Assembly: GCA_021815525.1 (NCBI GenBank)
Contig: JAKAGN010000001.1
Location: forward strand, 1-25,314
DNA: 25,314 bases
Direction of reading: 5' to 3'
Origin: Deltaproteobacteria bacterium
GTDB taxonomy: Bacteria > Desulfobacterota > Desulfobacteria > Desulfobacterales > Desulfatibacillaceae
A program made the position numbers and the translations under genes. The notes under the pieces are model-generated. The model was not told the origin of the DNA and did no database searches. It saw nothing but the letters and a program-made list of their open reading frames with translations. Position 1 is the stretch's first letter. Each line of letters begins with the position of its first letter. Below are positions 1-8,506 of the stretch, one piece after another.

Positions 1-794
1 GCCGCAGTAGTTCAGTGTGGCAGGAAACCCACGTCACCGGCCAGCGCCCCCAGGTCGCCGATATGGTTGGCCATGCGCTCCAGCTCCGCCGCCACGGCCC
101 GCAGCCTTTCCGCCGCGGCCGGCGCCCGCGCGCCGGAAAGGGCCTCCATGACGGCGCAGTAAGCGGCGGCATGCCCGACTGTGCTGTCGCCCGCGATGGT
201 CTCCACCTGGCAAAGCGTGCGGCGGTGCGGCCCGCCCGCAAGGGCCCTCTCGATCCCCCGATGCTGGTAGCCGAGGGAGATTTCGAGGTGGTAAACGGTT
301 TCGCCGTGGCACTGGAAGCGGAAGTGGCCGGGCTCGATGACGCCAGCGTGCACCGGCCCCACGGCCACCTCGTGGACCTCCTCGCCTTCCATCGAAAAAA
401 AGCCGGTGACGCCAACTGTTTGGGGCTCTCTTCCCCCGGCTCGGGGCGGCTGGAAGCGGATGGGCTTGAGCCAGGGATGGCCCTCCGGCAGGATGCCCCA
501 CTGCTCGAAAATCTCCCGCTCGAACCAGTGGGCCGCGGGGCAGTCAGGCGTGAGGGACGGGTAGGACCCGGCGGCGTCCGCGGAAACCAGTTCCACCTGC
601 TCCCGCAGAGGCGAGCAAAGGACGGCGTAGAGCCTCATGCCGGAGCCTGCGGGCGCGGCGAAGAGCGCGGACAGGCGCTCGCCCCCCGAAACGTGGCTTA
701 TAAGGGCCTGCCGGAAGCCGGCGAAATCCAGAACCGGCACCTCGGAAAGCGGAATCGCCCCGCCGTTGTAAAGATGCGGAATAGCAGGAGCCAT
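1..794 (-). CDS. hyfG: HyfG/HycE-like large subunit (NuoC+NuoD-like fusion) of a hydrogenase-4-like/Ehr complex; partial at window edge, with an apparent -1 frameshift at ~19-20
   Basis: ATG at 794 overlaps the hyfF TGA (ATGA). Carries the NuoC-like motif WFEREIFEQWGILPEGHPWLKPI and the NuoD/HycE motif GPVHAGVIEPGHFRFQCHGE...LGYQHRGIE. At the L1 position it has VETIAGDSTVGH instead of RxCGxC. The frame stops at 12-14 after GDVGFLP; adding one base restores LPTLNYCG. Confidence 0.85.
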
Positions 795-2287
795 CAGAAG
801 CTTCCTCCAAGAGCCGCCGCCGCCTCGCCCAGAAGCCTCCACAGGGCTGGAGGCAGCCAAAGTCCCAGGATGAGGACCCCCGTCAAAAGGGCCGCGGGCG
901 CGGCCACCGCGAAAAAGGTCTCCCGGCCGCTTCCGCCGGGCCCGGCCTCCGCCGCCCGCGGGCTCCCGTAAGCGGTTTTCAATGCCACCCTCAAAATCGC
1001 AGCGAAGGCAAGGGCAAGGGCCGCGAGATAGATCCCCGTCACCACAAAACGGCCCGACAGCAGCGCGCCCTTCAAGATCAGAAGCTCGCTGGAAAAAAGG
1101 CCGAAGGGGGGCGAGCCCGTGACCGCGAAAAGCCCGGCGATCCAAAGCGCTCCGCTTGCCGGAAGCGCCTTCAAAAGGCCGCCCACGTCGTGGATGTCCT
1201 TGCTCCGCATGGCCGCCAGGATGTTGCCGGCCGCGAGGAAGAGGGCCGCCTTGACGAGGGAGTGGTTGACGGCGTGAAAAAGCGCGCCGACGGCCGCGAT
1301 TCCGCCCAGCCCCACCCCCACGGCCATGACCCCCACGTGCTCCACGCTGGAGTAGGCCAGCATCCTCTTGTAATCGGTCTGGGAGACGAGAAGCATGGCG
1401 GCCCAGGCCATGGAGAGAAGCCCGAAAAATATGAGCCGCTCGCGGCCGAAGGCGCCCAGGCCGGCGGCTTCCATGAGGGCCTGCATCCGCAGTATCGCCA
1501 GGAAAGCGCAGTTCAAAAGCGCGCCCGAAAGAAGCGCGGAAACCGGCGAGGGCGCCTCGCTGTGGGCGTCCGGCAGCCACGAATGCATGGGCGCAAGCCC
1601 CATCTTGGTGCCGTAACCAACCAGCATGAGGAGAAAGGCCGCCTTGAGCCACTCGGGCGAAAGCAGGGCGGCGTTTTTCATTAGAAGCGGCGTGAGAAGG
1701 CTCATCTCCCTTCCCTGGGCGGAGGCCGCGGCCGTGGAAACAGCCAGGAAGAAGTTCCCGAGAAGGGCGAGGGAGATTCCCACCGAGCAGATCAGGAGGT
1801 ACTTCCAGGCGGCTTCCAGGCTGCGGTGGTGCCGGTGATGGTAGATGAGGGGCGCGCTGGCGAGGGTCGTGGCCTCCACGGCGACCCAAAGCACCCCCAT
1901 GTGCCGGGCCAGGCACACAACGGTCATCGCGGCCAGGAAGAGAAGAAGGCAGCCCACGAAAACGGAGTCGGAGCGGTCGGCGAACTGGTAGCCCTCCAGG
2001 TAGTCCTTGATGGGGCGCTTCCTGGAGGGGCCCAGGTAGAAAATCGCGTAGATGGCGACGGCCAGGAAGAGTCCGCTGGCCACCGAGAGAAAGAGGAGCG
2101 ACAGGGCGTCCGCGGCCAGCCAGTCGAAGGCGGCGGAAAAGGGCAAGGGAAGGGTCCAGGCCGCCATCACCATGCCGAAATGCGCCGCGGCGCTCACGGG
2201 AAGAAGAACCCGGACGAAGCGGCCCGAAGGGACCATGAAGGCCGCCGCGCCGGCCAGGGTCGGAATAAGGATCAAAGCCCAGATCAT
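794..2287 (-). CDS. hyfF: Hydrogenase-4 component F-like (EhrD-like) antiporter-type membrane subunit, MrpD/NuoLMN family
   Basis: 497 aa, highly hydrophobic. Motifs LWVAVEATTLASAPL, EAAWKYLLICSVG, GTKMGLAPMHSWLPDAHSEAPSPVSALLSG and KRMLAYSSVEH; operon position fits. Confidence 0.9.
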   Translation of the reverse strand: MIWALILIPTLAGAAAFMVPSGRFVRVLLPVSAAAHFGMVMAAWTLPLPFSAAFDWLAADALSLLFLSVASGLFLAVAIYAIFYLGPSRKRPIKDYLEGYQFADRSDSVFVGCLLLFLAAMTVVCLARHMGVLWVAVEATTLASAPLIYHHRHHRSLEAAWKYLLICSVGISLALLGNFFLAVSTAAASAQGREMSLLTPLLMKNAALLSPEWLKAAFLLMLVGYGTKMGLAPMHSWLPDAHSEAPSPVSALLSGALLNCAFLAILRMQALMEAAGLGAFGRERLIFFGLLSMAWAAMLLVSQTDYKRMLAYSSVEHVGVMAVGVGLGGIAAVGALFHAVNHSLVKAALFLAAGNILAAMRSKDIHDVGGLLKALPASGALWIAGLFAVTGSPPFGLFSSELLILKGALLSGRFVVTGIYLAALALAFAAILRVALKTAYGSPRAAEAGPGGSGRETFFAVAAPAALLTGVLILGLWLPPALWRLLGEAAAALGGSF

Positions 2288-2291
2288 AGTC

Positions 2292-2933
2292 TCAATCCTT
2301 GAGGTCCGACAGCCGGTCGGTGTCTATATTGTCGAATTCCCTGTTGATATGATAAATCATGATTCCCATCACGAAGACCGCCGCGAAAACGTCCAGAAGG
2401 ACCCCGGCCTGCACCAGCCAGGATTCCTCAACCGCGAAGGCCACGCCAAAAAGGTAGATGCTGTTTTCCATCACGAGAAAACCCAGGACCTGGGTGATGG
2501 CCTTCCTGCGGGCTATGATGAGGTAAAGGCCGGTCAGCATCGTAAAAATGGTGACGGGAACCAAAACCTGGGTCATGCCGCCCGCTGGCACCCGCAAGGG
2601 GCGCGCCACCAAAAAGCTCGCCGCAAGAAGCCCCACCCCTAAAATCACGGAAACGGTGTAGCCGAGAAAGGGCTCCAGCTCCTGCATCACGCCGGTCTCG
2701 CGCATGGCGCGCCGCACGAGCCCCGGAAGCACCACGGCCTTGACCAGGGTCACGGCCCCCACCATGAGCCATGTCCAGGAGGGTGCAAGCCCGTGGGGCA
2801 AGAGCGCCAGGAGGCCTATTATCACGGCTTGAAAGGCCACGCTGTGGACGCAGGTGCCCAGTTGGCTCGCCCCCAGCAGGCGGAAGTTTAAAAGCACAAG
2901 AAGAATCATCAGAATATCGAGGAATGATTGCAC
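2292..2933 (-). CDS. hyfE: Hydrogenase-4 component E-like (EhrC-like) membrane subunit
   Basis: 213 aa, GTG start, multi-TM. Motifs RRKAITQVLGFLVMENSIY and LLDVFAAVFVMG...INREFDNIDT; lies between hyfC and hyfF. Confidence 0.88.
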   Translation of the reverse strand: MQSFLDILMILLVLLNFRLLGASQLGTCVHSVAFQAVIIGLLALLPHGLAPSWTWLMVGAVTLVKAVVLPGLVRRAMRETGVMQELEPFLGYTVSVILGVGLLAASFLVARPLRVPAGGMTQVLVPVTIFTMLTGLYLIIARRKAITQVLGFLVMENSIYLFGVAFAVEESWLVQAGVLLDVFAAVFVMGIMIYHINREFDNIDTDRLSDLKD

Positions 2934-2939
2934 CTTGTC

Positions 2940-3869
2940 TCACCTCATCACGTCAAAGAGCGCCAGGAAGGAGAGAACGCCGGCCACCACGAGGAGCTGC
3001 GGCACCCGGACCAGCTTGAGACGCGCCATCACCGATTCGATGACGCCAACGGTCACTGCGAGGAAGAAAAGCCCGATGAGCCCGGCCGCGAGGTCCGGAA
3101 GGGGATCCGCGAAGCGGAGCGGCAGGGCCAGGGAAACGAGAAGGGAACCCAGGATCCAGAACTTGAGGGCCGCGGCGTACTCTATGAAGGCCAAGTCCGG
3201 GCCGCCGTGATCCAGGATCATGACCTCGTGGATCATGGTGAGCTCGAGGTGGGTGTTCGGGTCGTCCACCGGTATGCGCGAGTTCTCGGCAAGGAGCACC
3301 ACGAGGAACGAGGCCGCCACCAGAAGGAGCGTGCCGCCTCCCTCCCAGGACACGGGACCGGCCGCCCAGGCCTGGCGGCAGATGTCGGTCAGGGAAAAGA
3401 CCCTGAAAAGGCAGGCCGCGGCCGCGAGGCCCACCAGGAGCGCCACTTCAGCCAGGGCCGAAAACTGGACCTCACGGCTTGCCCCCATGCCGCAGAAGGC
3501 CGAGCCGGTGTCGAGGGCCGCGCTCACCGTGAAGAAGCGCATGAGGCCCAGGGAGTAGGCCAAAAAAACGAGATCCCCCTGAAAGGGGAGAAGCGCCGGG
3601 ATCGCGCCCAGGGGGGTCACCGCAAGGGCCGCCATCACCGACGCCAGCTCCACGGAGGGCGCGGCCCGGAAAATCCAGGTGGTGGTGCGGCTGTAAACGG
3701 TCCCCTTGCGCAGAAGCTTTGCAATGTCCAGGTATGGCTGGAGGATCGGCGCGCCCGTCCGTCCCCCGAAAAAGGCCTTGGTGCGGTTGATGACCGAGAG
3801 CAGCAAGGGGCTTGCGATAAGCGCCAGGAAAACATGTAGCATCGGAAATATCATCGCTTCCGGCCTCAT
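2940..3869 (-). CDS. hyfC: HyfC/HycD-like (EhrB-like, NuoH family) membrane subunit
   Basis: Motifs GRTGAPILQPYLDIAKLLRKG, ALDTGSAFCGMGASRE and AENSRIPVDDPNTHLELTMIHE. ATG overlaps the hyfB stop; the true start could be a downstream Met. Confidence 0.9.
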   Translation of the reverse strand: MRPEAMIFPMLHVFLALIASPLLLSVINRTKAFFGGRTGAPILQPYLDIAKLLRKGTVYSRTTTWIFRAAPSVELASVMAALAVTPLGAIPALLPFQGDLVFLAYSLGLMRFFTVSAALDTGSAFCGMGASREVQFSALAEVALLVGLAAAACLFRVFSLTDICRQAWAAGPVSWEGGGTLLLVAASFLVVLLAENSRIPVDDPNTHLELTMIHEVMILDHGGPDLAFIEYAAALKFWILGSLLVSLALPLRFADPLPDLAAGLIGLFFLAVTVGVIESVMARLKLVRVPQLLVVAGVLSFLALFDVMR

Positions 3870-5815
3870 CCGGCGAGGTTCCAGAGGAAAAGGAAAAGAA
3901 TGGCGAGCACTATGTAGAGGATGTAGAGGTGCGTCCGCCCCTGCTGGAGCAAGCGGAAGCGGTCCGCGAGCCCGGAAAGAACCCCGGCGACGGGCCCGTA
4001 AATCCTCCGCATCATAAGGTCCTCGGTGTGGCTTTCAAGGGACGCCCCCTTGGGGAAAAGGCCCTCCGGCGGGTCGGCGTGCACCCTGGTTCCGAGAAGA
4101 AGCCTGAACATGCCCACAACCGGCATGGCGTAGGAGGAGGCCGTGTACTGCATCCGGGCGCTGGGCGCGGCGTAGCCGCAGTCCCAGGTGAGGGAGCTTC
4201 GCACGGTCCTCCCCCTCAAAAGCCGTTTCCGCAAGAGGGCGAACAAAAGGACAAGCCCGGCCAGCAAGGCGGCGGCGAGGCTCACACCGGCGGTCATTTC
4301 CGCGATGGCCACGGGAGACGCGAAGGCCGCCCCGGGGGCGAGAAGCTTGGCCGCAGGCATGACCAAGCCCGCCATGAAGGGGGCCGAAAGCCCGATCGCA
4401 AGGCAAAGAAGGGCGAGCGCCGCCATGGGCCAGGTCATGGAACGCGGTGACTCGCAAGCCGTAAGCTTCGTCCTGGGCTCTCCCAGGAAAACGACGCCGA
4501 AGGCCTTCGTGAAGCAGGCCGCGGCGAGCCCGCCGATCAGGGCCAGGCCGGCGATCACGGCAAGGCCGCTCCAGACGGACGCGCGGGCGGAAAGGCAGGT
4601 GAAGGCCGCGGCGTAGACGAGAAACTCGCTCACGAAGCCGTTTAAGGGCGGCAGGGCGCAGATTGCGGCGGCCCCCACAAGGAAGGCTGCGCCCGTAACC
4701 GGCATGTGCTTCATAAGGCCGCCCATGCGGTCCATCTCACGGGTGCCCGTGGCGTGCAGCGCGCTCCCTGCCCCCATGAACAGAAGGCTCTTGAATATCC
4801 CGTGGTTCACAACGTGGAGGAGCCCGCCGCAGAAGCCCAGGGCAGCAACAACCGGGTGGCCGGTGGCGCTTCCCAGAACGCCCAGGCCCAGGCCCAGGGC
4901 GATGATTCCGATGTTCTCCACGCTGTGATACGCGAGGAGGCGCTTCAAGTCGTGCTGGGCCAGGGCGAAGAGAACGCCGTAAACGCCGGATGCAACGCCG
5001 ATCCCCACGAGAACCCAACCCCACCAGGGCTCGGGCGCGCCGAGAAAGGAGAGGGCCCGCAGCAGGCCGTAAATCCCGGTCTTTATCATTACGCCGCTCA
5101 TGAGGGCGGAGACGTGGGACGGCGCGGCCGGGTGGGCCTCCGGAAGCCACACGTGAAAGGGCGCGAAGCCGGCCTTGGTTCCGAATCCCACCAGCGCCGC
5201 GAGGAAAACGACGGAAGCCGTCGCGCCCGAGGCGCCGAGGCGCGAAAAATCGAGGTCCCCGCCGCGCCCCAGAAGGAGGAACATCACAAGGAGCAAGGCC
5301 GTTCCCAGGTGGGTGGCCACGAGATATATCCAGCCGGCGCGGAGGACGCCAGGTTTTTCATGATCGAAAACAACGAGGAAAAAGGAGGAAAGGGCCATGA
5401 TCTCCCAGGCCACCAGGAACAGGAATCCGTCGCGGGCGAGGCATACAAGGAGCATGGAGGCCATGAGAATGTTGAACCAGCAAAAGCTCGTGGCTTTTTT
5501 CCCGTCGCCCTTGTCGCGCCCCAGGTAGCCGTGGCCGTAAACGGCGGCAAGGAGCCCCACCAACGAGATCAGGGCCACGAAGAGGGCCGAGAGGGCGTCC
5601 TCTCCCACATGAACGTAGCCCAGGGGAAGCCGCCAGGCGGCCGTAAAATCCCACGCGTCCCCGGAAAGAAGACACGCAAGCCCCGAGAAGAGACCCGCCG
5701 CCGAGCCTAAAACCGCCGCGAGCGGCCCGGCCGGGAAGCGCCTGAAGCGGCCGGGAAGGGCCGCCGCCAAGGCTCCGGCGCCGAAAAACAGAAGCGAAAG
5801 CATCATGGCTGTCAT
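3866..5815 (-). CDS. hyfB: Hydrogenase-4 component B-like (EhrA-like) antiporter-type membrane subunit
   Basis: Start reassigned to ATG 5815 (MTAMMLSLL..., 649 aa), which overlaps the upstream TGA. Motifs FLVAWEIMALSS, KAGFAPFHVWLPEAHPAAPSHVSALMSGVMIK, KRLLAYHSVENIG and WDCGY. Confidence 0.9.
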   Translation of the reverse strand: MTAMMLSLLFFGAGALAAALPGRFRRFPAGPLAAVLGSAAGLFSGLACLLSGDAWDFTAAWRLPLGYVHVGEDALSALFVALISLVGLLAAVYGHGYLGRDKGDGKKATSFCWFNILMASMLLVCLARDGFLFLVAWEIMALSSFFLVVFDHEKPGVLRAGWIYLVATHLGTALLLVMFLLLGRGGDLDFSRLGASGATASVVFLAALVGFGTKAGFAPFHVWLPEAHPAAPSHVSALMSGVMIKTGIYGLLRALSFLGAPEPWWGWVLVGIGVASGVYGVLFALAQHDLKRLLAYHSVENIGIIALGLGLGVLGSATGHPVVAALGFCGGLLHVVNHGIFKSLLFMGAGSALHATGTREMDRMGGLMKHMPVTGAAFLVGAAAICALPPLNGFVSEFLVYAAAFTCLSARASVWSGLAVIAGLALIGGLAAACFTKAFGVVFLGEPRTKLTACESPRSMTWPMAALALLCLAIGLSAPFMAGLVMPAAKLLAPGAAFASPVAIAEMTAGVSLAAALLAGLVLLFALLRKRLLRGRTVRSSLTWDCGYAAPSARMQYTASSYAMPVVGMFRLLLGTRVHADPPEGLFPKGASLESHTEDLMMRRIYGPVAGVLSGLADRFRLLQQGRTHLYILYIVLAILFLFLWNLAG

Positions 5816-6513
5816 GGCCGACCCCCTCCGGTTCCGTCCGGCGTATCCCGGATCACGGCGTCCACCCTTTCCGCCTCCCCGAATATTTCGGCGGCCGAAG
5901 CCTTTCGCGCCACCGAATCCTTGAAGCCCGTCTTCTGCAGGGCGAAGGAGAGCCGGGACAGGAGGCCCAGATGCCCGCGGACGGTGGGGCTCACGATGAG
6001 AAAGAGGGTATGCACCGGGCGGCCGTCGGCGGCGTTCCATTCCACGGGCTCACGGAGGAAGCACAGCGAAACGAAGGGGGCGGTGACGTTAATTATGAGG
6101 GGGTGGCGCACGTGGGGAATGGCTATTCCCTCGCCGATGCCGCTGGAGCCCGCGGCCTCGCGGGCCAGGAGCACGTCCAGCACCAGCGTCCGGTCCGCCG
6201 TTTCCGGGAGGGGAAGGGTCTTCACCACCTCGCCCAGGAGATCCCGCCGGTCACGGCCGCCGACGTCGTGATGGACCCCGCCCGACCTCAGGGCGCTGGC
6301 AAGCCCGGGCATCTCGTCCGAATCGTTTTCCTTCAGGATTTCGACGGATAGGGGAATACGGTTGGCCGTTGCCCACTCCAGTACCTCGGTCCGGTTGAAC
6401 CGGTACTGCTCGTTGATGCGGTGGGCCGGGAGCTTCATGCGGCCGATCCAGCGGAAAACCGTCTTTTCCGGCACGCCCAGAAGGGTTGCCACGTCTCGAA
6501 CGACAAGCTTCAT
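5812..6513 (-). CDS. Helix-turn-helix (excisionase/MerR-like) + PTS EIIA type-2 (Ntr/Fru-like) fusion protein
   Basis: Start at ATG 6513 (MKLVVRDVATLLGVPEKTVFRWI...YRFNRTEVLEW), 233 aa. The C-terminal half has LLAREAAGSSGIGEGIAIPH (phospho-His motif) and DGRPVHTLFLIVSP. Confidence 0.88.
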   Translation of the reverse strand: MKLVVRDVATLLGVPEKTVFRWIGRMKLPAHRINEQYRFNRTEVLEWATANRIPLSVEILKENDSDEMPGLASALRSGGVHHDVGGRDRRDLLGEVVKTLPLPETADRTLVLDVLLAREAAGSSGIGEGIAIPHVRHPLIINVTAPFVSLCFLREPVEWNAADGRPVHTLFLIVSPTVRGHLGLLSRLSFALQKTGFKDSVARKASAAEIFGEAERVDAVIRDTPDGTGGGRP

Positions 6514-6719
6514 GAATCGTTCCCGATCGCTTTTCCGGCCGGCCCGGAAAAACCCGAAAAACAGGGCCCGCCCATCGGCCCGGCGAAAAAGGGTTTGCGA
6601 TACCTTCATGAACGCGCGGAAGACCGTCCCGCGGGCGGGCGTCCCGCAGAAAAAGGCCGGTCTCAAGGCTGCGGCGCCCTTTTCCGGCCGGTTCCGGCGT
6701 CCTTTCGGCTTCCGGCGTT

Positions 6720-6748
6720 CTTCTATAAGGATGAAAACGAAGTGTCAA
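6720..6748 (-). promoter_or_regulatory. Candidate sigma70 promoter for the HTH-EIIA/hyf operon
   Basis: Minus strand reads TTGACA-N17-TAGAAG: a perfect -35 with an imperfect -10, about 200 nt upstream of ATG 6513. Confidence 0.4.
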
Positions 6749-6948
6749 ATCAATAGAACGCTTCTCAAGAATATTTTCGCCGTGGGATTGAACGAAAAAC
6801 TCACTGGAAAGGAAAGGGGCGCAAACGGACCGGAAGCATGGTCATTTTATGTTGAGAAACTTTTGCACCCATGACCTATCCATTGGATTTTGCGGCCAAT
6901 CGTAATAGAAACATATTGTTGGGATGGTTTCTATAACCCGTTAACCAA

Positions 6949-6974
6949 AAAAAGCGGAACAAGCGCCGCTTTTT
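6949..6974. terminator. Bidirectional terminator-like hairpin
   Basis: AAAAAGCGG-aacaagcg-CCGCTTTTT is a 9-bp inverted repeat with a T tract on either strand, but only 4 GC pairs. Confidence 0.35.
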
Positions 6975-7097
6975 CATCGCCCGCGTGCGCTTTTCCGATC
7001 GGATTTTAAAGCTTAATCTTAGCGGTTTGCGTTTTCCATTTTCTCTTGTATGCTTGTAAGGTCATGCTGTCGAAAACCCTTGCGAAGGGCTCTTGCC

Positions 7098-8396
7098 ATG
7101 CCGAAACCCAGGGTCATTCTGCGCTCGTGCCCGGACTACGACGCGGCTTCCATCAAGGAAATCGTCCGGGAGTCGATGGCGGCGCTCGGAAAGAATCTCC
7201 GCCTGGACGGCAAGGTCTTCATGAAGCCCAACGTGGTTTCGGCCAACCGGGGCTACATCCACGATTCCTACACCAATCCCGCCGTGGTGGAGGCCGTGGC
7301 CTCGCTGGTGAAGGAGCACGGGCCGAGCCGCCTCACCATAGGAGAATCGGGCGGCTACGGCATACCCTCGCGGCTTTTCCTGAAGGAGGCCGGTTACTTC
7401 GAGCTGGGAAAAAGGGTCGGGGCCGAGGTCATCGACATCAACGAGCACGAGCTTATACGGGTGAGCCTGAAACGCGCGGCGTGGCACAAGGAGGCGCTGC
7501 TTTCGAGGCGCATGATGGAAGCCGACTGCAAGATATGGCTTCCGAAGCTCAAGTACCACATCTTCGCATCCATAACCTGCGCGTTAAAGCTCAACATCGG
7601 GATTTTGAGCCACAAGGAGCGGATGCTTTTTCACGATTACCGCATACACGAGAAGATCGTGGACCTCCTGGAGCCCGGCTACCCCGACCTTGTCGTGGCC
7701 GACGCGGTGGACATCACCTACGGCTTCGAGTCCGCACCCTACCCCGTGCGCCTGGGCGCCCTCCTCATAAGCGCCGATCCCCTGGCCCTGGACGCGGTGG
7801 CGGCCCACATCATGGGCTACCGGCCCGAGGACGTGAGGCACCTTAAAATCGCCGCCGATCGCGGCTACGGCGCCATAAGCCTCTCCGAAATAGACATCGC
7901 TGGCGACGCCGACCCGGATGAGCTGCGCGCGCGGCCCAAGGGCAAGCCAAGGCTCTTCCAGGTGCTCGGCGAGTTGGAAACCCCCATGAAATTCTTTGCG
8001 GGGCTTGCGGGCGATACCGGCGAAATGTGCGACGGAGGCTGCGAGGGCGCCTTGAAGGGCTGCCTGGGCACCATCGAAAAAAGGCGCCCCGGCTCCCTGG
8101 CCAAGGCCAAAAAAGGGGCCGTGGTGACCGGCGTATACAATGGAGACGTCGTCGCGCCCGACGGTCCCGTGCTTCTCATAGGGGACTGCACAAGGGTGAC
8201 CGGCCGTCTGGAAGCCAAATCCATCCACAGGGTCAAGGGCTGCCCGGTCGGGGCGAGGGATCTCTTCGTTAAGGTCCCCATGCTTTTCGGCCTGCCGAGC
8301 CCCATGCTGGATTTTCGGGACGCGTCGCTCTTCATCTTCCAGAGCGCGGCCAAGCAGGCGGCCAAGGCCAAAAACAGCCTGCGGCGGGAAAAATGA
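7098..8396 (+). CDS. DUF362 domain protein with C-terminal Cys-rich (probable Fe-S) extension
   Basis: Likely start ATG 7098 (MPKPRVILRSC, 432 aa). Family motifs VFMKPNVV...TNPAVVEAV...IGES, LPKLKYH...ITCALK and ISADPLALDAVAAHIMG. C-terminal CDGGC...GC...IGDC...GCP. Confidence 0.8.
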   Translation: MPKPRVILRSCPDYDAASIKEIVRESMAALGKNLRLDGKVFMKPNVVSANRGYIHDSYTNPAVVEAVASLVKEHGPSRLTIGESGGYGIPSRLFLKEAGYFELGKRVGAEVIDINEHELIRVSLKRAAWHKEALLSRRMMEADCKIWLPKLKYHIFASITCALKLNIGILSHKERMLFHDYRIHEKIVDLLEPGYPDLVVADAVDITYGFESAPYPVRLGALLISADPLALDAVAAHIMGYRPEDVRHLKIAADRGYGAISLSEIDIAGDADPDELRARPKGKPRLFQVLGELETPMKFFAGLAGDTGEMCDGGCEGALKGCLGTIEKRRPGSLAKAKKGAVVTGVYNGDVVAPDGPVLLIGDCTRVTGRLEAKSIHRVKGCPVGARDLFVKVPMLFGLPSPMLDFRDASLFIFQSAAKQAAKAKNSLRREK

Positions 8397-8472
8397 ACGC
8401 GTCCCTTTGGCGGGAAGCAGGATGAGTATGGCTTGGGCCTGCATTCAAAAATATGGTTTATAAGGAAACGAA

Positions 8473-8506
8473 CGGGGGAATACCTCTTCATGAAGGCCTT
8501 CCCCCG
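8473..8506 (+). terminator. Hairpin downstream of the DUF362 gene
   Basis: CGGGGGAA (8473-8480) pairs with TTCCCCCG (8499-8506) around the palindrome CTTCATGAAG; no immediate U tract. Confidence 0.3.

Noticed and set aside
795-1916. N-terminal 373-aa extension of the 12..1916 ORF
   Set aside because: It overlaps hyfF in another frame and is not protein-like; the true start is ATG 794 with an ATGA overlap. The track starts at 6040, 6666, 7050 and 10015 were shortened for similar reasons.
6340-6513. Excisionase-like HTH as a sign of a prophage or integrative element
   Set aside because: It is fused to EIIA, and no integrase, att site, tRNA or phage genes occur in the window.
6790-6840. Resemblance to a c-di-GMP-I (GEMM) riboswitch (AAAC...GAAA...GGGGCGCAAA)
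   Set aside because: The P2 arms do not pair convincingly and the downstream conserved elements are absent; an Infernal search would be decisive.
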